A stretch of 64,000 bases of DNA from contig JALDTO010000237.1 in assembly GCA_023515725.1 (NCBI GenBank), positions 479,573 to 543,572 on the forward strand, read 5' to 3'. The translations under genes were made by a program, and so were the position numbers. Below the pieces are notes generated by a model. The model saw nothing but the letters and a program-made list of their open reading frames with translations, was not told the origin of the DNA and ran no database searches. This document shows, in pieces, positions 12,324 through 25,544 of this stretch. The stretch comes from Amoeboaphelidium protococcarum X5 (taxonomy: Eukaryota > Fungi > Aphelidiomycota). The stretch's first letter is position 1; each line of letters starts with the position of its first letter.

Positions 12324-15149
12324 TCACAATAGTGATGGTTCTTCTATGGTATCAAAGATATCTGTAAGCCCATCTTTAATCTCTGGATTAGAGTCGAACG
12401 CAAATGGCTTATCATTATATTGCTGATAATTGAAGACATTGTCAATCTCTTACTTTTACTCACCAGGTGATGGTAAATCAATAGGCGCTCTGTGAACTTC
12501 TTCTTATTCTAAGTACTGCTATTCATTAAGAGCCAAACTTTGTACTTGCGCCGCAACACCCAATTATTGGCCATCAAAGCTATTCTCAACATCCACTGCG
12601 TTTTCTCCCAATTCTTTCAATCTCTACTTCAATTTCTTCATTTCCACGTCCTATTCTGCTAGACAGACTAGCAAATCCTCCATTTCTTAATTAACAGATT
12701 GATATTACTCATTCGCTTCAGACAACTACTATCTCAGATCAATCACAACTGGATGCTTTTCAATATCAATTTGATCAGAGTTATGTTTATTACTCTGGGG
12801 CGATGGCTGCTTCTATTATTATTGAGAACTCAGCTATTACGTCAGCTGCGACACTTCTGCTTTTAAAGACGCAATAGTCTAATCTTGCTCGCCAATTAAC
12901 ATTTTATAACTTTGCATTGCATTCTCGTGCTATTTGGATTCCTCTTACTAACGCTACTTCATTTTGACAGACTTTGGATTAACTACAGACTTTTGAATGG
13001 AGTCAGAGTGGCTTTTGAACTGCTCAATAAATTCTTCAATAAATAGCACAGGCTCGTCATCATTAGAGCCTGCAGACGGGATTCTATTTGCAGCATAGAT
13101 GGGCTAGTAAGACACTACAGCGTCTCTGAGTCTGTTCATTTTACTAGAGTAAGATTCTACACCGACTCTTGTGATTACAACATTAGAAATCTCTGCGCGG
13201 CCCAATGTTTTTACTTGTCCATCATTGTACTCAAACAAAAGACCAATCAAGTACGCACAAAGTCCTTAGACAACCTGTGAAGGATGAGACTGGATTTACT
13301 CGAGCAGAAAGGCAAACCGTGAAGACTCTTTCATAAACTTGCCGCACCATTCAGAAGAATCTGCCAGACAAAGAGATAAAAGAGACAGATACGTGATGAG
13401 CAGACGATAATCAGAGCTAGAGTCTCTGCTGCAAACCATCACGCAATTGATTATGGATGTGAACAAGTCCTTCTCCCCGTCTATTAAATCGTTAGGACTG
13501 GAAATCTTTGCAGACAGACAAATACCTCTATTCTCTGGGGAACTACTGATGAGCAATGAGAATATACAAGAGGCAAACCATACACGATAGATATCATTGC
13601 GCTTTCTAGCATACTAATAATCAAGAAGAGAATCCAAAAGCAAATCACCAAAGCCATTTTCACCAATAATGCTTCCACCACCACTACCGCTCTAAATTCC
13701 CAACTTTACAAAATTCACCAACACTTGAATCAAATCACTATTACCAACCACAGACGACTTTATTAACTCAAACGCTCCAAATCTTAATCTAAGCTAACAA
13801 TTTGAACGAAGTCTATCATCACCAACAGATTGTGGCAGATCTACATGGGTAGACTGAAATACCATTTACATGCAATATGTGAGTAAAGCAGTAGGCATTT
13901 CTGTAGGCTATTGGCTTTTAATAGCAATACAATTGATCAGTGACTGCCCAGCAGGAAGTTCTTGAATAGAGTAAGCAAGAGTATACAAACACCTCGATCT
14001 CAGCAGACAGACAATATCGTATCCGCTTAAAATTTAATCAGCTGGCGGTCCGAATATCCCAAACATAAAAAATGGATACCAAAGACCACAATTAATAAAC
14101 ACCACCTAATTATTTACAATACCCGATGACGCAGATTGAGATCCACTGAACACCAGTAGATCCATTACATCCAACATTTTATTGAGATTTCGACACTGCT
14201 GAACGGAGAACTCTTCATCACCATTCAGCGTCAACTTTGGAGGAGTCCCCAGCGTGAGCCTATTAGGCAGTTTACCTCCTGCAGGCAATACTGAAAGATC
14301 ATATCGGAAGAAAGTCAACAATCTCGGAATGAGACCGCTCTCTCTGAAATAATTCTAATTACTAGAATTGTCTTTCAGCAAGTTATAAATCAAGCAGAGA
14401 CAATCCTCAACCACCACCTAGCCATACATTCCACCCTCAACCTCAATAGCCAGATGCAGACATTATTCGAACGCATTATCAAACGCAATAATTTTCTAAA
14501 TGTCTGCAAAAGATCCATGTGATGATGGAGATGTCAAGTCTACCAGCAGCAGAATACCTTCATTTCTCAACACCTCTCTACTATCACTCAACAGATTCAT
14601 AATATGAGAAATGCAACCGGCGCCATTAATGATATTCTTCTAAAACAGAGTCAAATCATTACGTACCAAAATCCGCAATAATTCAATCAGAGCAAACTGG
14701 ACATGAAACGAGTAATCCTGCAATAAAGTGTTAATCATAAAAGGAACATTTTCGCAGTTTTTGAGTAAAATTTGACTAAACTAGAGGCCCAAATTCTATT
14801 ATGAACTCTAACCAGCAGTGTCTGTAAAGGATGAGCTAACAACACTGCTCTCTTAATAATCTCCCTAACACAGATTGATAAAAGTATCCAGAACAGACTT
14901 TACAATCTCCGCATCTTCCATACAATACTCATCATGCAGGATTTCCAGTAGTAATTATATAGCCTAAGTACCAACTTCCAGCTAATATTATCTAGACAAT
15001 CCTTTAAGACTGAGAATGGCAGCACGCTTATCCTCAATCATCGTTGATGTCCGCAGACGGTCACACAGCTTTTCAATAATTTCATGAGGAGACACTTCTT
15101 ATTACGCAGATGATGGAGCAGCTTTCACCAGACTCGACAAGAAATTCAT
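12324..15149 (-). CDS. USO1: Vesicle tether Uso1/p115
   Basis: IEKLCDRLRTSTMIEDKRAAILSLKGLSR, REVLRNEGILLL, QKIIAFDNAFE armadillo head plus C-terminal coiled coil; 941 aa open frame. Confidence 0.9.
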
Positions 15150-15232
15150 ATTTATTATGAGTATACAATAGAAATAAAGCTGTTCTTTCTCGAGTATAAG
15201 AGCAACTTGCAACTTTACTTCTTGGACAAAAC

Positions 15233-15380
15233 AGAGAGAGAGAGAGAGACACACACACACAGTTGGGAGAAGGAAAGAGAGAACGAGGGGGGGGGAGAGA
15301 GAGAGAGAGAGACACACACACACACAATTGGGAGAAGGAAAGAGAGAACGAGGGGGAGAGAGAGAGGGAGAGAGAGAGAA
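15233..15380. repeat. Compound (GA)n/(CA)n microsatellite in a ~63-bp unit repeated about 2.3 times
   Basis: The unit (GA)n(CA)n-TTGGGAGAAGGAAAGAGAGAACGA-Gn occurs twice, just upstream of USO1. Confidence 0.9.
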
Positions 15381-15711
15381 CAGCGAGTTGAAGATCAGTG
15401 CGGCGGAAATTGGAGAGAATGAGCAAACGACCTGAAGGAAAGGACTTTAAACGGAGGCGAGTTTTGTCGTTTCAAGTTTCATCATCCGACCTGTGCAATT
15501 AACTCCATCAGTACATATATATCATGGACAGAATATCCTTTTGAAAGTTTCGTGCTTACTCAAGTGTAACTAATTGGTCATACATATTGTCCATAGTTTA
15601 GTCTGAGAGATATAAATATGGCGGAGAAACGATTTCATTTAAACAGAAGCAGCATTGAATACGAATTCGCGTATATTTATTCACACATTATTCAGACGGC
15701 GGGAGACTTTT

Positions 15712-16744
15712 TCACACTTGAGAAGTCTTCTTCTCCACTGCAACCTGTTACTACTACTATTACTGCTTAATATCAGATTTCAGACGTTCAATCTCAGTCT
15801 GGTACTTGGCAATCTTCTACTCATGATCTCTCTCCATCTTGGCAAATTGAGTTTTGAGTTGAGCAATCTCTTCATTAGAGTCTCTCATCATTACAGAGTG
15901 ACTAGACGCGCCACCACCACTATGCTGATTCTACTGAGCATGATTCGATTACTGAGGCGGGACTTGATGCGGCTGCTACTGCATCTATTGCTAAGAGGGA
16001 CTAGAGAAGAGCGTCTCTGATGGTTTGCGGGAGATCTGAGACAGTTTACCAGTAGTTGCCGCATTTAAACTACACAACAAGATCGATAAATCAAATTCAA
16101 TTAAATTGACATTATTATCCACTAAATAAAACATACCTGCTTATGGAAGCATAGGGAGATGTGGTGGACCTGTTCTTCTTCATCTCATCCAGCTGCTTAG
16201 TCAATCGATTGACTATAAACTCTTGCTCCTGCTCCATAGCTATTTCCAGGTCAATCTTCTCCTTCTGCAACTCTTTCAGTTTCCTCTGCAGTTTATTGGT
16301 GATGTACTCCTCCTCCCGTTCCATCTGAGTCAACATCTCAGTCTTCTCCCTCTTCAAACCCATGATGTTCTTGAGCAATTTATTGGTGATTTACTCCTCT
16401 TCAATCTCATGTTCTTGATAGATTTCAGCATGCATCTTCTTCAACTGCTCATTGTCATGTCTCAAGATTTTGACACGGCCATGTTCACAATCCAGATCAA
16501 ATCTCAACTTTTTTATCAACTAGTGTTGCATCTCAAGCAAATCCTTAAACTTTCTAGTCTCCACGGATTCATCGCCAGTTGCAGAGCTCTACAGGTCCTT
16601 CTGTAGTTAAGTGTACAGAGTATCATAACTTTCCAGGGAATTTTTCAGTGACATGTGAGAGGACAGACTATCTATGGACAGGGATCTATCATGTTTATGC
16701 TACTGCGCCAAACTTCCCTCTGGTGATAGCGACTGCTTTTCCAT
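15712..16744 (-). CDS. CCDC6: CCDC6-like coiled-coil protein (DUF2046); intron 16070-16136
   Basis: Repeats EIEEEQITNKLL / EREEEYITNKLQRKL / EQEQEFIVNRL typical of CCDC6; GTATGT...TAG intron restores the frame. Confidence 0.75.
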
Positions 16745-16960
16745 ATTTACTATTACTATTGTTTAAACAAGTATAAAATACTTTCTGTGCCAAGTATTTA
16801 AATTGATTCTGTAACTGAAATTCTCACAGAAGGAAACGGCCAATTAAGGAACTAGCCGCCCATTGAAGAATCCTTTTCATATCACACGCGCAAACCAGCA
16901 AGCATATTAATAAGAACTCATCAAAAATAAAAAAATCATAAAAATAAAAATCTAATAAGA

Positions 16961-17788
16961 TCACTGGCCAAGGTTCAACAACATATTGGATCCCTTCGTT
17001 GGTAGATAGACGACATTGCGTGTCTGGGATAGGGTGCCGGCGATTTCTTTGCTCGCCTCAATCTTTCTCAGCTCAATCAGACCAGAGCCGAACGACTGCA
17101 AAGACTTGGAGATCAGGTCGGCAGCGGTGGCTTCACCTTCAGCACGGATCACCGCGGCCAGTTTCTCTTGCTCAGCCTTCTCCACGACAAAACGCGCTCT
17201 CTCCGCCTCCTACTGTGCGACCTGTTTCTATTCGACAGCGTTGGTGAATTCCTGGCCGAAAGTCAGATGCGTGATGGACACGTCTTCCAGCAGAATGTTG
17301 AACTCTTTGGCACGCTTCACCAAATCACCGCGAATCTGAGCAGATACAATCTCACGCTGTGTGATCAATTCACCAGCGTCAAACTGAGCCACAACAGCCT
17401 TCAACACTTCATTACCGATAGAAGGCAGAACACGATCATCATAATCAAGACCGAGCGATTGATAAATCACAGGCAAGCGTTTGACATCAGGCTTGTGCAA
17501 GACACGAAGGGTCAGCGATATCATCTGCATATCTTTAGAGCCAGTTGTCGTGCTGATATTACGCGGTTTAGTACGGACATCATAGGTGATGGCGCGTTAT
17601 AACCATGGAACCAAGAAGTGAGTACCCTCATTAATCACGTCCTTCTTCACACCCTGAAATCTGTCGAAAATCACCGCTCTGTGGCCACCAGGAACGTCAT
17701 ACATACTAGACTATACCAAACTAGCGCCAGTACCGAGAACCACAGCTGCTACTCCAATTCTTTCCAATGCGCGTTATGCCGCTGCCAT
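16961..17788 (-). CDS. PHB1: Prohibitin 1
   Basis: [64 protein letters not shown]. Confidence 0.96.
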
Positions 17789-18080
17789 TTTTTATTTTAT
17801 TTTATTCCGCTTGATAATAACGTCACTTGAAATGCGAGAAAAGGTTTAGGCGATATATTACGACGCTTCTTTATGAGAGAGAGGGATCGCTCCCAATCAG
17901 TCAACCTTAGCGAGGACTTGCTTGACAACGAATGGAGATTGTTTCACAACTGATTGTCATCAATCCCACCTGATACTCAATGAATTTGTAAAGTAGAAAT
18001 CACTTTAGAGCTTGAAATTTGACCCTGAATATTTTGGCTTTACAATAAACATAATGTAGCAAAGTACCTCATGTGATGAT

Positions 18081-18710
18081 ATGGCATCTAGAAGGCCCAG
18101 CGTTCACACTGCACAAGAAGGATAAGCTGGCGAAGAATATCTAAGAGCAGCGCAGGACAAGCTTGTTACATCCTCCAATGAGATTCAGACTTAGTCGATT
18201 TCGATTAAAGATCACGCCGGGAATTCTGTTGAATAATGTCTTGAATCATAGCTGCAGTAGCTGACAGAGATTGAAGCCAAGTTTATTAGAAGCAACAACA
18301 GAGTTAGAGCCGAAATATCTGATATTGAGTCGATGGTTGAGCGTGGGTCTATCGAGAGAGAGTTCAATTCAATCAGACAAGATTTAAATCAAGAAATGCA
18401 ACGAGTATAAAGTGAGTCTCTAGCTTTAAGGGCGTTATATTAGCTTAGAGTTAGCTCAAGCGAACATGTTTCGTTGATAGTAGGACAATTCGACAATTCA
18501 ACTTTCATAAAGGAATGGTAATAGCTTCAATCTTTAAGAGAGTGCACGGCTCACTCTGACATGGATCTGCTGAACCGTGTTAATATGCAAAATGTTATTT
18601 AGCAATCAGAGCAGACGCGCAAGTTTGTTGCTAAACGACATCTCATTAAAGAGCTGTATAAGCTGAAATCACTGAGCTTTGACGCTGACAACGCGCCTAA
18701 ATAGTTATGA
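18081..18710 (+). CDS. Hypothetical coiled-coil protein (209 aa)
   Basis: Uninterrupted table-6 ORF from ATG to TGA with heptad-like E/Q/L composition; no family recognised. Confidence 0.6.
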
Positions 18711-18893
18711 ATCTTATTATTGAAAATATTAAGATTGAATACTGTTGTTTAACTAAATTTTATCGGTAAAAATGAGATTAATCTCGGACCGAGCCAAGAT
18801 CAAGGGTAAATAGAATAATAGATTGATGGAAAAACAAAACTGTATTAGAAAAAGAAACATTTCATTATTATTTCATCAACCAAGTCAGTTCAA

Positions 18894-20678
18894 TCAGATC
18901 TCTGGAGCAGCCTGATTAAGCCAAGGAACCTGATTGTTGGAAGGATCCAATAAGTCAGGATTATTAATCACCTCTTATTGAGTCTCACGGTAGTTTTCAG
19001 TCAGATGATCAAGATCTTTTTGCTCCTATTGTGTCATAGGTCCATATTTGTCTCTGTCTTGAGGTGCATCACGATAATCGGTTGCCTTGTTATACATCGT
19101 AACGCCACCGCGTTAGTAGGCCATAAAGTTTCTCATACCACCAAGCTCTTGAGGTCCCTTGGCGAAAACTCTTGCAGATTGTTCATTGGCATAAGCGCCA
19201 TTACCATCAGCTTTGATTCTTTGAATCTCTTCCTCAGAATAGCCCATTCTCTTCCAAAGGCCGCGACCAATCCTAGCTGGACCTATCTCTTCCATATCAT
19301 TGCCCAGCTTACCACGTTGCGCCTAATCCGCATCATTAGGCATGTTCTGACCACCGCCAGTCTCGGTTCCAACAGCACCTAGATACAACGCGTTAGCATA
19401 TCTTCTCTGTTCAGGATCCTAGATTTCAGAATTGATGCCACGCTATGCACCACTCTTAGCGGCTTAATAGTTGTTCATGTTCATGATTCCACCTCTGCCG
19501 GCTTAAGACGCAGATTTAGAACCTGGTTGAGCCAAATTGTACTAACCAGGAGAGGATGGTCCTTTTGGTGGAGGAGGGCTCTAATCAGTAGGCGGCGGAG
19601 GATTAGAACCAGGCGCGCCAGGCGGAGTACCAGGCGTAGACCCAGAAGGAGCACCAGGCTATCCTGACTAACCACTGGCACCATTAGACGGAGAAGACTG
19701 CGAGCCAGGAGCTGATCCAGGACCTCCGTTTGAATTACCAGAAGGGGGCATAGCAAATAGCTGATTATTTACTTCCTAAAATTTGCGGCCTTCTTAATCA
19801 GTCCACTACTTTGTGGCAGGGTCAAACTACATGTTACCTTCACCATTACGGACTCGATCCATATACTCGCGTTCAGGAGTACCAGGTGAAGCATCATTGA
19901 CTTGAGCATTAGGATCAAATTACTTTGGTTAGTAATTTTGCTGTTAACCAGATTATTGTTTTTATGCAGGCGGTTAAGGCTATTGATTACCACCATTTGC
20001 GGAATTGCCTTATTCAGCAGGAACTTAAGGCTACTACTGTGGCTGACCACCACGTTGAGGAGTTTGTGGCTATTGCTACGGTGCTTATGGCGCAGGAGCG
20101 GGCGGAGTGCCTCCCCAGCCGCCGAAACTAGGCGTAAATCCACCATTACCACCACCAAAAAATGGCATACCGCCAAAAAAGCTTTAGAATGGATTGGCAT
20201 CAGTATCAAATTAGGCGTATGGCTGTTAATACGATTGGCCACTAGGATTCATTGGCCTGCGCATTGCGCTCTCGTCACGCGATTGCTAAGATGCTGCGTC
20301 CTAAGGCATCGTATTCTGAGGAGCAGTCTTGGAAGAGGATGCTCCAGCGCCATTATTTCTAGCTGGCTTGACAGGCGCGGGAGGGGAAGGCTACTTAGGA
20401 GGAGCAGGTGCAGTCTTCGCTGGTGATGGCGGATTGGCTGGTGCAGCCTTACGCTCAGGCTTTTGCGCAGGTTTTTTTTCAGCAGGCTTTTGCGCAGGCT
20501 TAGGACTAGCACCACCACCAGAGTTCTTTGACTGAGGATCTCTCTTATATAGATAAACGGACGGAGCAGAGCCAGAGCCAGATTCAGCAGCAGGCAACGC
20601 GTCAACTGAATGCAAATCAATCATATTAATAGCAACAATAGTAAACGCAACTATACAAGGAATGTTATTTAGTCGCAT
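18894..20678 (-). CDS. Secreted P/G/Q-rich protein with C-terminal putative lysozyme-like domain (594 aa)
   Basis: Signal peptide, KR dibasic site, long low-complexity linker, then LGAVGTETGGG...IGPARIGRGLW...FMAYQRGG...VPWLNQAAPEI. Confidence 0.75.
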
Positions 20679-21145
20679 GATTTAAAATTACAGTTAGTGA
20701 TATTTAAATAAATGAAACAGGGAATAATAATAATACTATAAAATGGACTACTATACGTAAGTCTTTGTAATAGGGAGATAAAGGACAGAATTTCATAGAT
20801 GTCAGAGCTATAGCACATCTACCTACTGCGTGGTGTAACAGTTACATTTAATGGTGGCGACATCACTGGCTGTCCCTGACGTGTGACGAACTCAGGTGAC
20901 CAACTCAAGTAACACCAGGTTTGATCACATTTAAATACTATACGTTACTGCAACTTGGTATTATATAATGACTTGATAAAAGGCAATACAAGTAAGAAGG
21001 CCAAAGACAATATTTAATACATGATTCAAATTGTGATACGGACTGTGCAGTGTATCTTAAGCACAAAGAAGGCGCAACTGATAAAACACTGTATCTGACT
21101 CTTTTAAAACAAATAAAACGCTTGTTTTCTTTTGCACCGGTAGTG

Positions 21146-23828
21146 TTTTGCACCTTGCACCCGGAGAAACGCACCGAACTCGCTTTGTTACAATCTCGAC
21201 CGTCTCGCATGTCTGGCAGGAAGCGTTCTAGAGCAGTGTAGAGTGACTCGTAGCCATCTGGAGGGGGTATCACCACCTCCAACAGTAGTACTGGCATCCC
21301 AGCCGTTGATGAGTGTGCTGGTGTTGGCAGTAGTGTCGGCGTATCCGCCTCCTCAAGTTCTGGTCTGGCTGGGTGCGAGGCTGAAACAAGTGTTGTTAGC
21401 ATGAATCAAACTGCTGATATCACTTCACAAAGTTCTGCTCAAGTCAGTGCTGCTTTCAATAGGTAGCTGGAGAATGAAGATGAAGATGACGACGACGATT
21501 ACGACTCTGATGATGGTCTGGATGATGAGCAGTTGGCGAAGAAGGTGAAGAGACGCAAGAAGTCGGAGAACAGCCATGTGTATCGCATTGAAGCGGCGTA
21601 CAAGTATAAGCTGGATGAAGGCATTGGAGAGACGTTGAAGCTGCTGAGGTTGACTCGATCCGACGTATCTGTGCCACTCACTGGCGGTAGGCCTTTGGCT
21701 GTGAATAGTATGTAAGCCTACTAGAAGCATTACAGAGGATTGCGGTACTTTTTTGCGCTAATTGGTGACTACAGCTCGAGTTTAATGCTGCTTCCTAACC
21801 CCCCGCAGTACACACCGTCAATGAACGCCAAGAGCATCATTTTGTTTATCAAGTTCAAGCGTAATGAGAAGGGTTCTTTGCTAAAAGACGAGAATGGCAA
21901 CGCTGTGAAATGTGTCTATGGGCACGATATCAAGTGCTAGGGTGGTTGGAATATGCCACAGAATGTTGACCAGTTGTTATCGGCTGTCTCTGTGCTGCAT
22001 GATAGTCGTAATTAGAGGGGGGAGTACAGAGATATCTGCGAAGAGTGCATCCAACGTTCTGAGCGTGGTGATAGATCTGGCTGTCGGTTCCATCCGATGG
22101 CTCCTCGTATTTGGCTGGGTGGAGATCCAAAGAATTCTTCCCTCATGACTAACATGTAGAGATTGAACTCCCGCGATGGATGCAGCTACGTGTCCGAAGG
22201 CAGCTAGCCGCTCACACCTTGGGAATTACTACGTCTCCGCGAGTATTTCATCTCGAAAAATGATGCGAAGTCATTCATGATGTGGACGATGATTATCGTT
22301 AGTATCAAGCTATTTCTGCGCAATGATGAAGTCACCGATTTGAAAATTCATGATCCTAGGCTGGAAAATTGTCTCAACAAGGATCTTGCGACCTTTCAAA
22401 GTGATGGCAGTATATCTTCCCTTGCTTTCTACATTAAAGGCAAGTCTGATCGTGTTAGAGTGTGCTTGACTCTTTGGACGGATTATGATGTGCCCGAATT
22501 GTGCCCGGTTCGTGCGCTTTTGACGTGGATTTTTATTTCTGGGATTAGAACTGGATTCTTGTTCCCTCAAGAGAGTACACTGGATGCTGTGAAGCAAGTT
22601 GGGCATGCGGCGTACAACATCTCTTACGTATCTTATCATAGGCAGTATCAGAAAGCTTGTAAGATTGCTACCGGCAATCCCGATGGTAAATTTGGTACGC
22701 ACACTAGTAGGAAGACTGGCTATTTGCTTGCTGTTTGGGGAATGGGATCAGAGATTGACATCACTAAGAGTGCGCGACACGCTTCGTCCGCTAATGCCGC
22801 ATTGTATAAGAAGGATGCTAGCTATTTGCTAGAATTAGCGAAGACTAGACGTTTGGACGTGTCTTCCGTGGTAAGCAAATTCAGATCAGCCTACTGTGAG
22901 TAGCTATAGATGGCTCGCAGTCTGAATGCTGCCCATTCTAGAGGCAATTTTTGTCTGCAGCAGGTGAGTCAAGAGATTGTTCGTAGCTTATGTGGATTAT
23001 CTGATGTTGATGCAGTTGGTGGACCTAGAGTGATTTACGATGCACTTCTCCAGTTGCAGAAGAAAGAGACTGTGCTGCAGCTTATTGAGGCAAAGTTGAA
23101 AGAAATTGCACCTAATGCCACTCCGGAGGAGATTAATGAGCTGCGTAGGATGCTTGAGCTTTATGCGAATGGATTGATTGCTGCCACTCAATCAGCTAAG
23201 TTGAAGTAGCCAAAATCTACTCTGACTTCTCAATAATCTTCTTCCAGATAGTTACGTGAACAAGCTGCGGTTCACTCTGATGATGAACTCTATGAATCCG
23301 ATGAAGAAGACACTGACGTAGCTGATGTTGTACCTGCCATCACAGCTGTTCAGTAGGATGAAGTTGTGAATGATATGCCTGGGAGAGAGAAAGTGAGAAA
23401 AGCGAAGACTGCCATGGCGAAGTTGGAGGCCATTCTTGCAGTGGATGATCCTGGCTCAACCGTCGGGTTATCAGCTGGCGCCAAATCATTCTACGTGAAG
23501 CAATACTGCCCGATCATGAAATGTCTGAGAAAGCACTTTGGCGGTGATTTGGATAAGTTCATCGCACATTGGGGGAACTTCAAACCAACTAGCTTCAAGA
23601 CAAACAATTGCTCTGGTACCATGGATGAGTGTAGTATTTGAACAAGACAGATAATATGGAGACTGAGATTGAAAGTGGATTTAATACAAAAAGTTTAATG
23701 CAAAATCATTGAGGATTTGTTTGAAACAACTGACTTGTCTGTTTTCTGCGAGATCACCGTCGCGCGCTCGATCGCTCGCGCATTCTTCCAACGTCAACCT
23801 TAACGGTTTCCGTTTTTGCACTTTGCAC
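21146..23828 (+). mobile_element. Crypton-like tyrosine-recombinase DNA transposon (boundaries inferred from direct repeats)
   Basis: Single YR ORF flanked by TTTTGCACCTTGCAC (21146-21160) and TTTTGCACTTTGCAC (23814-23828). Confidence 0.7.
21209..23641 (+). CDS. Tyrosine recombinase, Crypton-type (810 aa)
   Basis: Catalytic residues LFLRNDE (R), KGKSD (K), THTSRKTG (HxxR), ARH (H), ALYKKDA (Y), plus CPVRALL; open frame with TAR=Gln. Confidence 0.88.
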
Positions 23829-24012
23829 TTTTAACAATAAGAGCATTTTACTATAACCGAGTTTTTTTCAAAAATATTAACAAAATTACATAATTAAGAC
23901 TTTATAGTTAAAAATAGGCATCACGTTCATCATTGTTCAAATTTACATTACTCAATATCACGTATTGTCCTTAGACCGCAAAAAACTTGCCCAAGTTGTA
24001 GTCGCGCTTACT

Positions 24013-24018
<6 letters not shown>

Positions 24019-24050
<32 letters not shown>
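24019..24050. repeat. (TC)n microsatellite
   Basis: Run of TC dinucleotides upstream of RPT6. Confidence 0.9.
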
Positions 24051-24051
<1 letters not shown>

Positions 24052-24137
24052 TGTTGCTGTTCTTCACTCGTAACGTTTTTTCCCATTTCAAATCCGTTCA
24101 TCTTTCTGCACTAAGCGAAACTTGTATATAACGAGCA

Positions 24138-25346
24138 ATGTCTGCTGCAGTGGGTGATTTTCAGATTCCCGCTAACAGTCTGTAGTCCTTCTACAAGAAC
24201 AAGATTGAAGAGTTGGAAGCAAATATCAATGACAAGGCTCAGAATTTGAGAAGACTGGAAGCTCAGAGGAGCCAGTTGAATCAACAGGTGCGCTCGTTGC
24301 GTGAAGAGTTATCGGCACTTTAGGAGCCTTCATCGTACGTCGCTGAAGTTGTCAAGCCTGTGGGTAATAATAAAGTTCTGGTCAAGGTGAATCCGGAGGG
24401 GAAATACATTGTTGATGTTGCACCCACCATCAAGATACCAGACTTGAAGCCGAACATGCGTGTGGCTCTGCGCAGTGACTCCTATATGCTGTACAAGATA
24501 CTGCCAAACAAGACTGATCCGCTGGTTAGTCTGATGATGGTTGAGAAGGTGCCAGATTCTACTTACGAAATGGTTGGTGGTTTAGATTTGCAGATTAAAG
24601 AGATCAAGGAGGTTATTGAGCTGCCTATCAAACACCCCGAACTGTTTGAGTCTCTAGGCATTGATCAGCCTAAAGGTGTGCTGCTGTACGGAAGTCCCGG
24701 CACTGGTAAGACTCTGTTGGCAAGAGCTGTCGCACATCACACAGATTGTCGCTTTATTCGTGTCTCTGGCTCTGAACTGGTGTAGAAGTACATTGGTGAA
24801 GGAAGTCGTCTGGTTAGAGAGTTATTTGTGCTGGCCAGAGAGTAGGCGCCATGTATCATATTTATGGATGAAATTGATTCGATTGGTTCTGCAAGAAGTG
24901 AAGGTGGCTCAGGTGGTGGTGATTCTGAGGTGCAGAGAACAATGTTGGAGTTGTTGAACTAGCTGGATGGATTTGAGCCTACCAAGAACATCAAGGTCAT
25001 CATGGCTACCAATCGTCTGGATATTCTGGATCCCGCGCTATTGAGACCTGGTAGAATTGATCGTAAAATTGAATTTCCACCTCCAACTGAGAATGCTCGT
25101 GCAGATATTCTGAAGATTCACTCTCGCCGCATGAACCTGATGCGTGGAATTGACTTGTAGAAGATTGCCTCGATGATGAGCGGTGCCAGCGGTGCAGAAG
25201 TTAAAGGTGTATGTACTGAGGCGGGTATGTTTGCCTTGCGTGAGAGGCGTGTTCACGTCACACAGGAAGATTTCGAGATGGCAGTCTCCAAAGTGATGAA
25301 GAAGGATTCCGACTCGAACATGAGTCTGAGAAAGCTGTTTAAATGA
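24138..25346 (+). CDS. RPT6: 26S proteasome AAA ATPase Rpt6
   Basis: [68 protein letters not shown]. Confidence 0.97.
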
Positions 25347-25544
25347 GCAGTATTATGTGTACTTTAATTTACAGTTACTTACTGCTTAGATTTACTTTGA
25401 TTTTCTCTCTTATTGATGTTAATTGAGTGATTTATTTAGAGGGAGTTGTCGATGTTCCTCTAACGTCGTAATCAGTGATTGCTATAATCTTTTTTCTTTA
25501 TCGGGAAATTTATAATCACCACAAACTCGTTCAATTTATCATTA

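Noticed and set aside
15233-15380. CRISPR-like repeat-spacer pattern
   Set aside because: Only two units, the 'spacers' are microsatellite, the context is eukaryotic and there are no cas genes.
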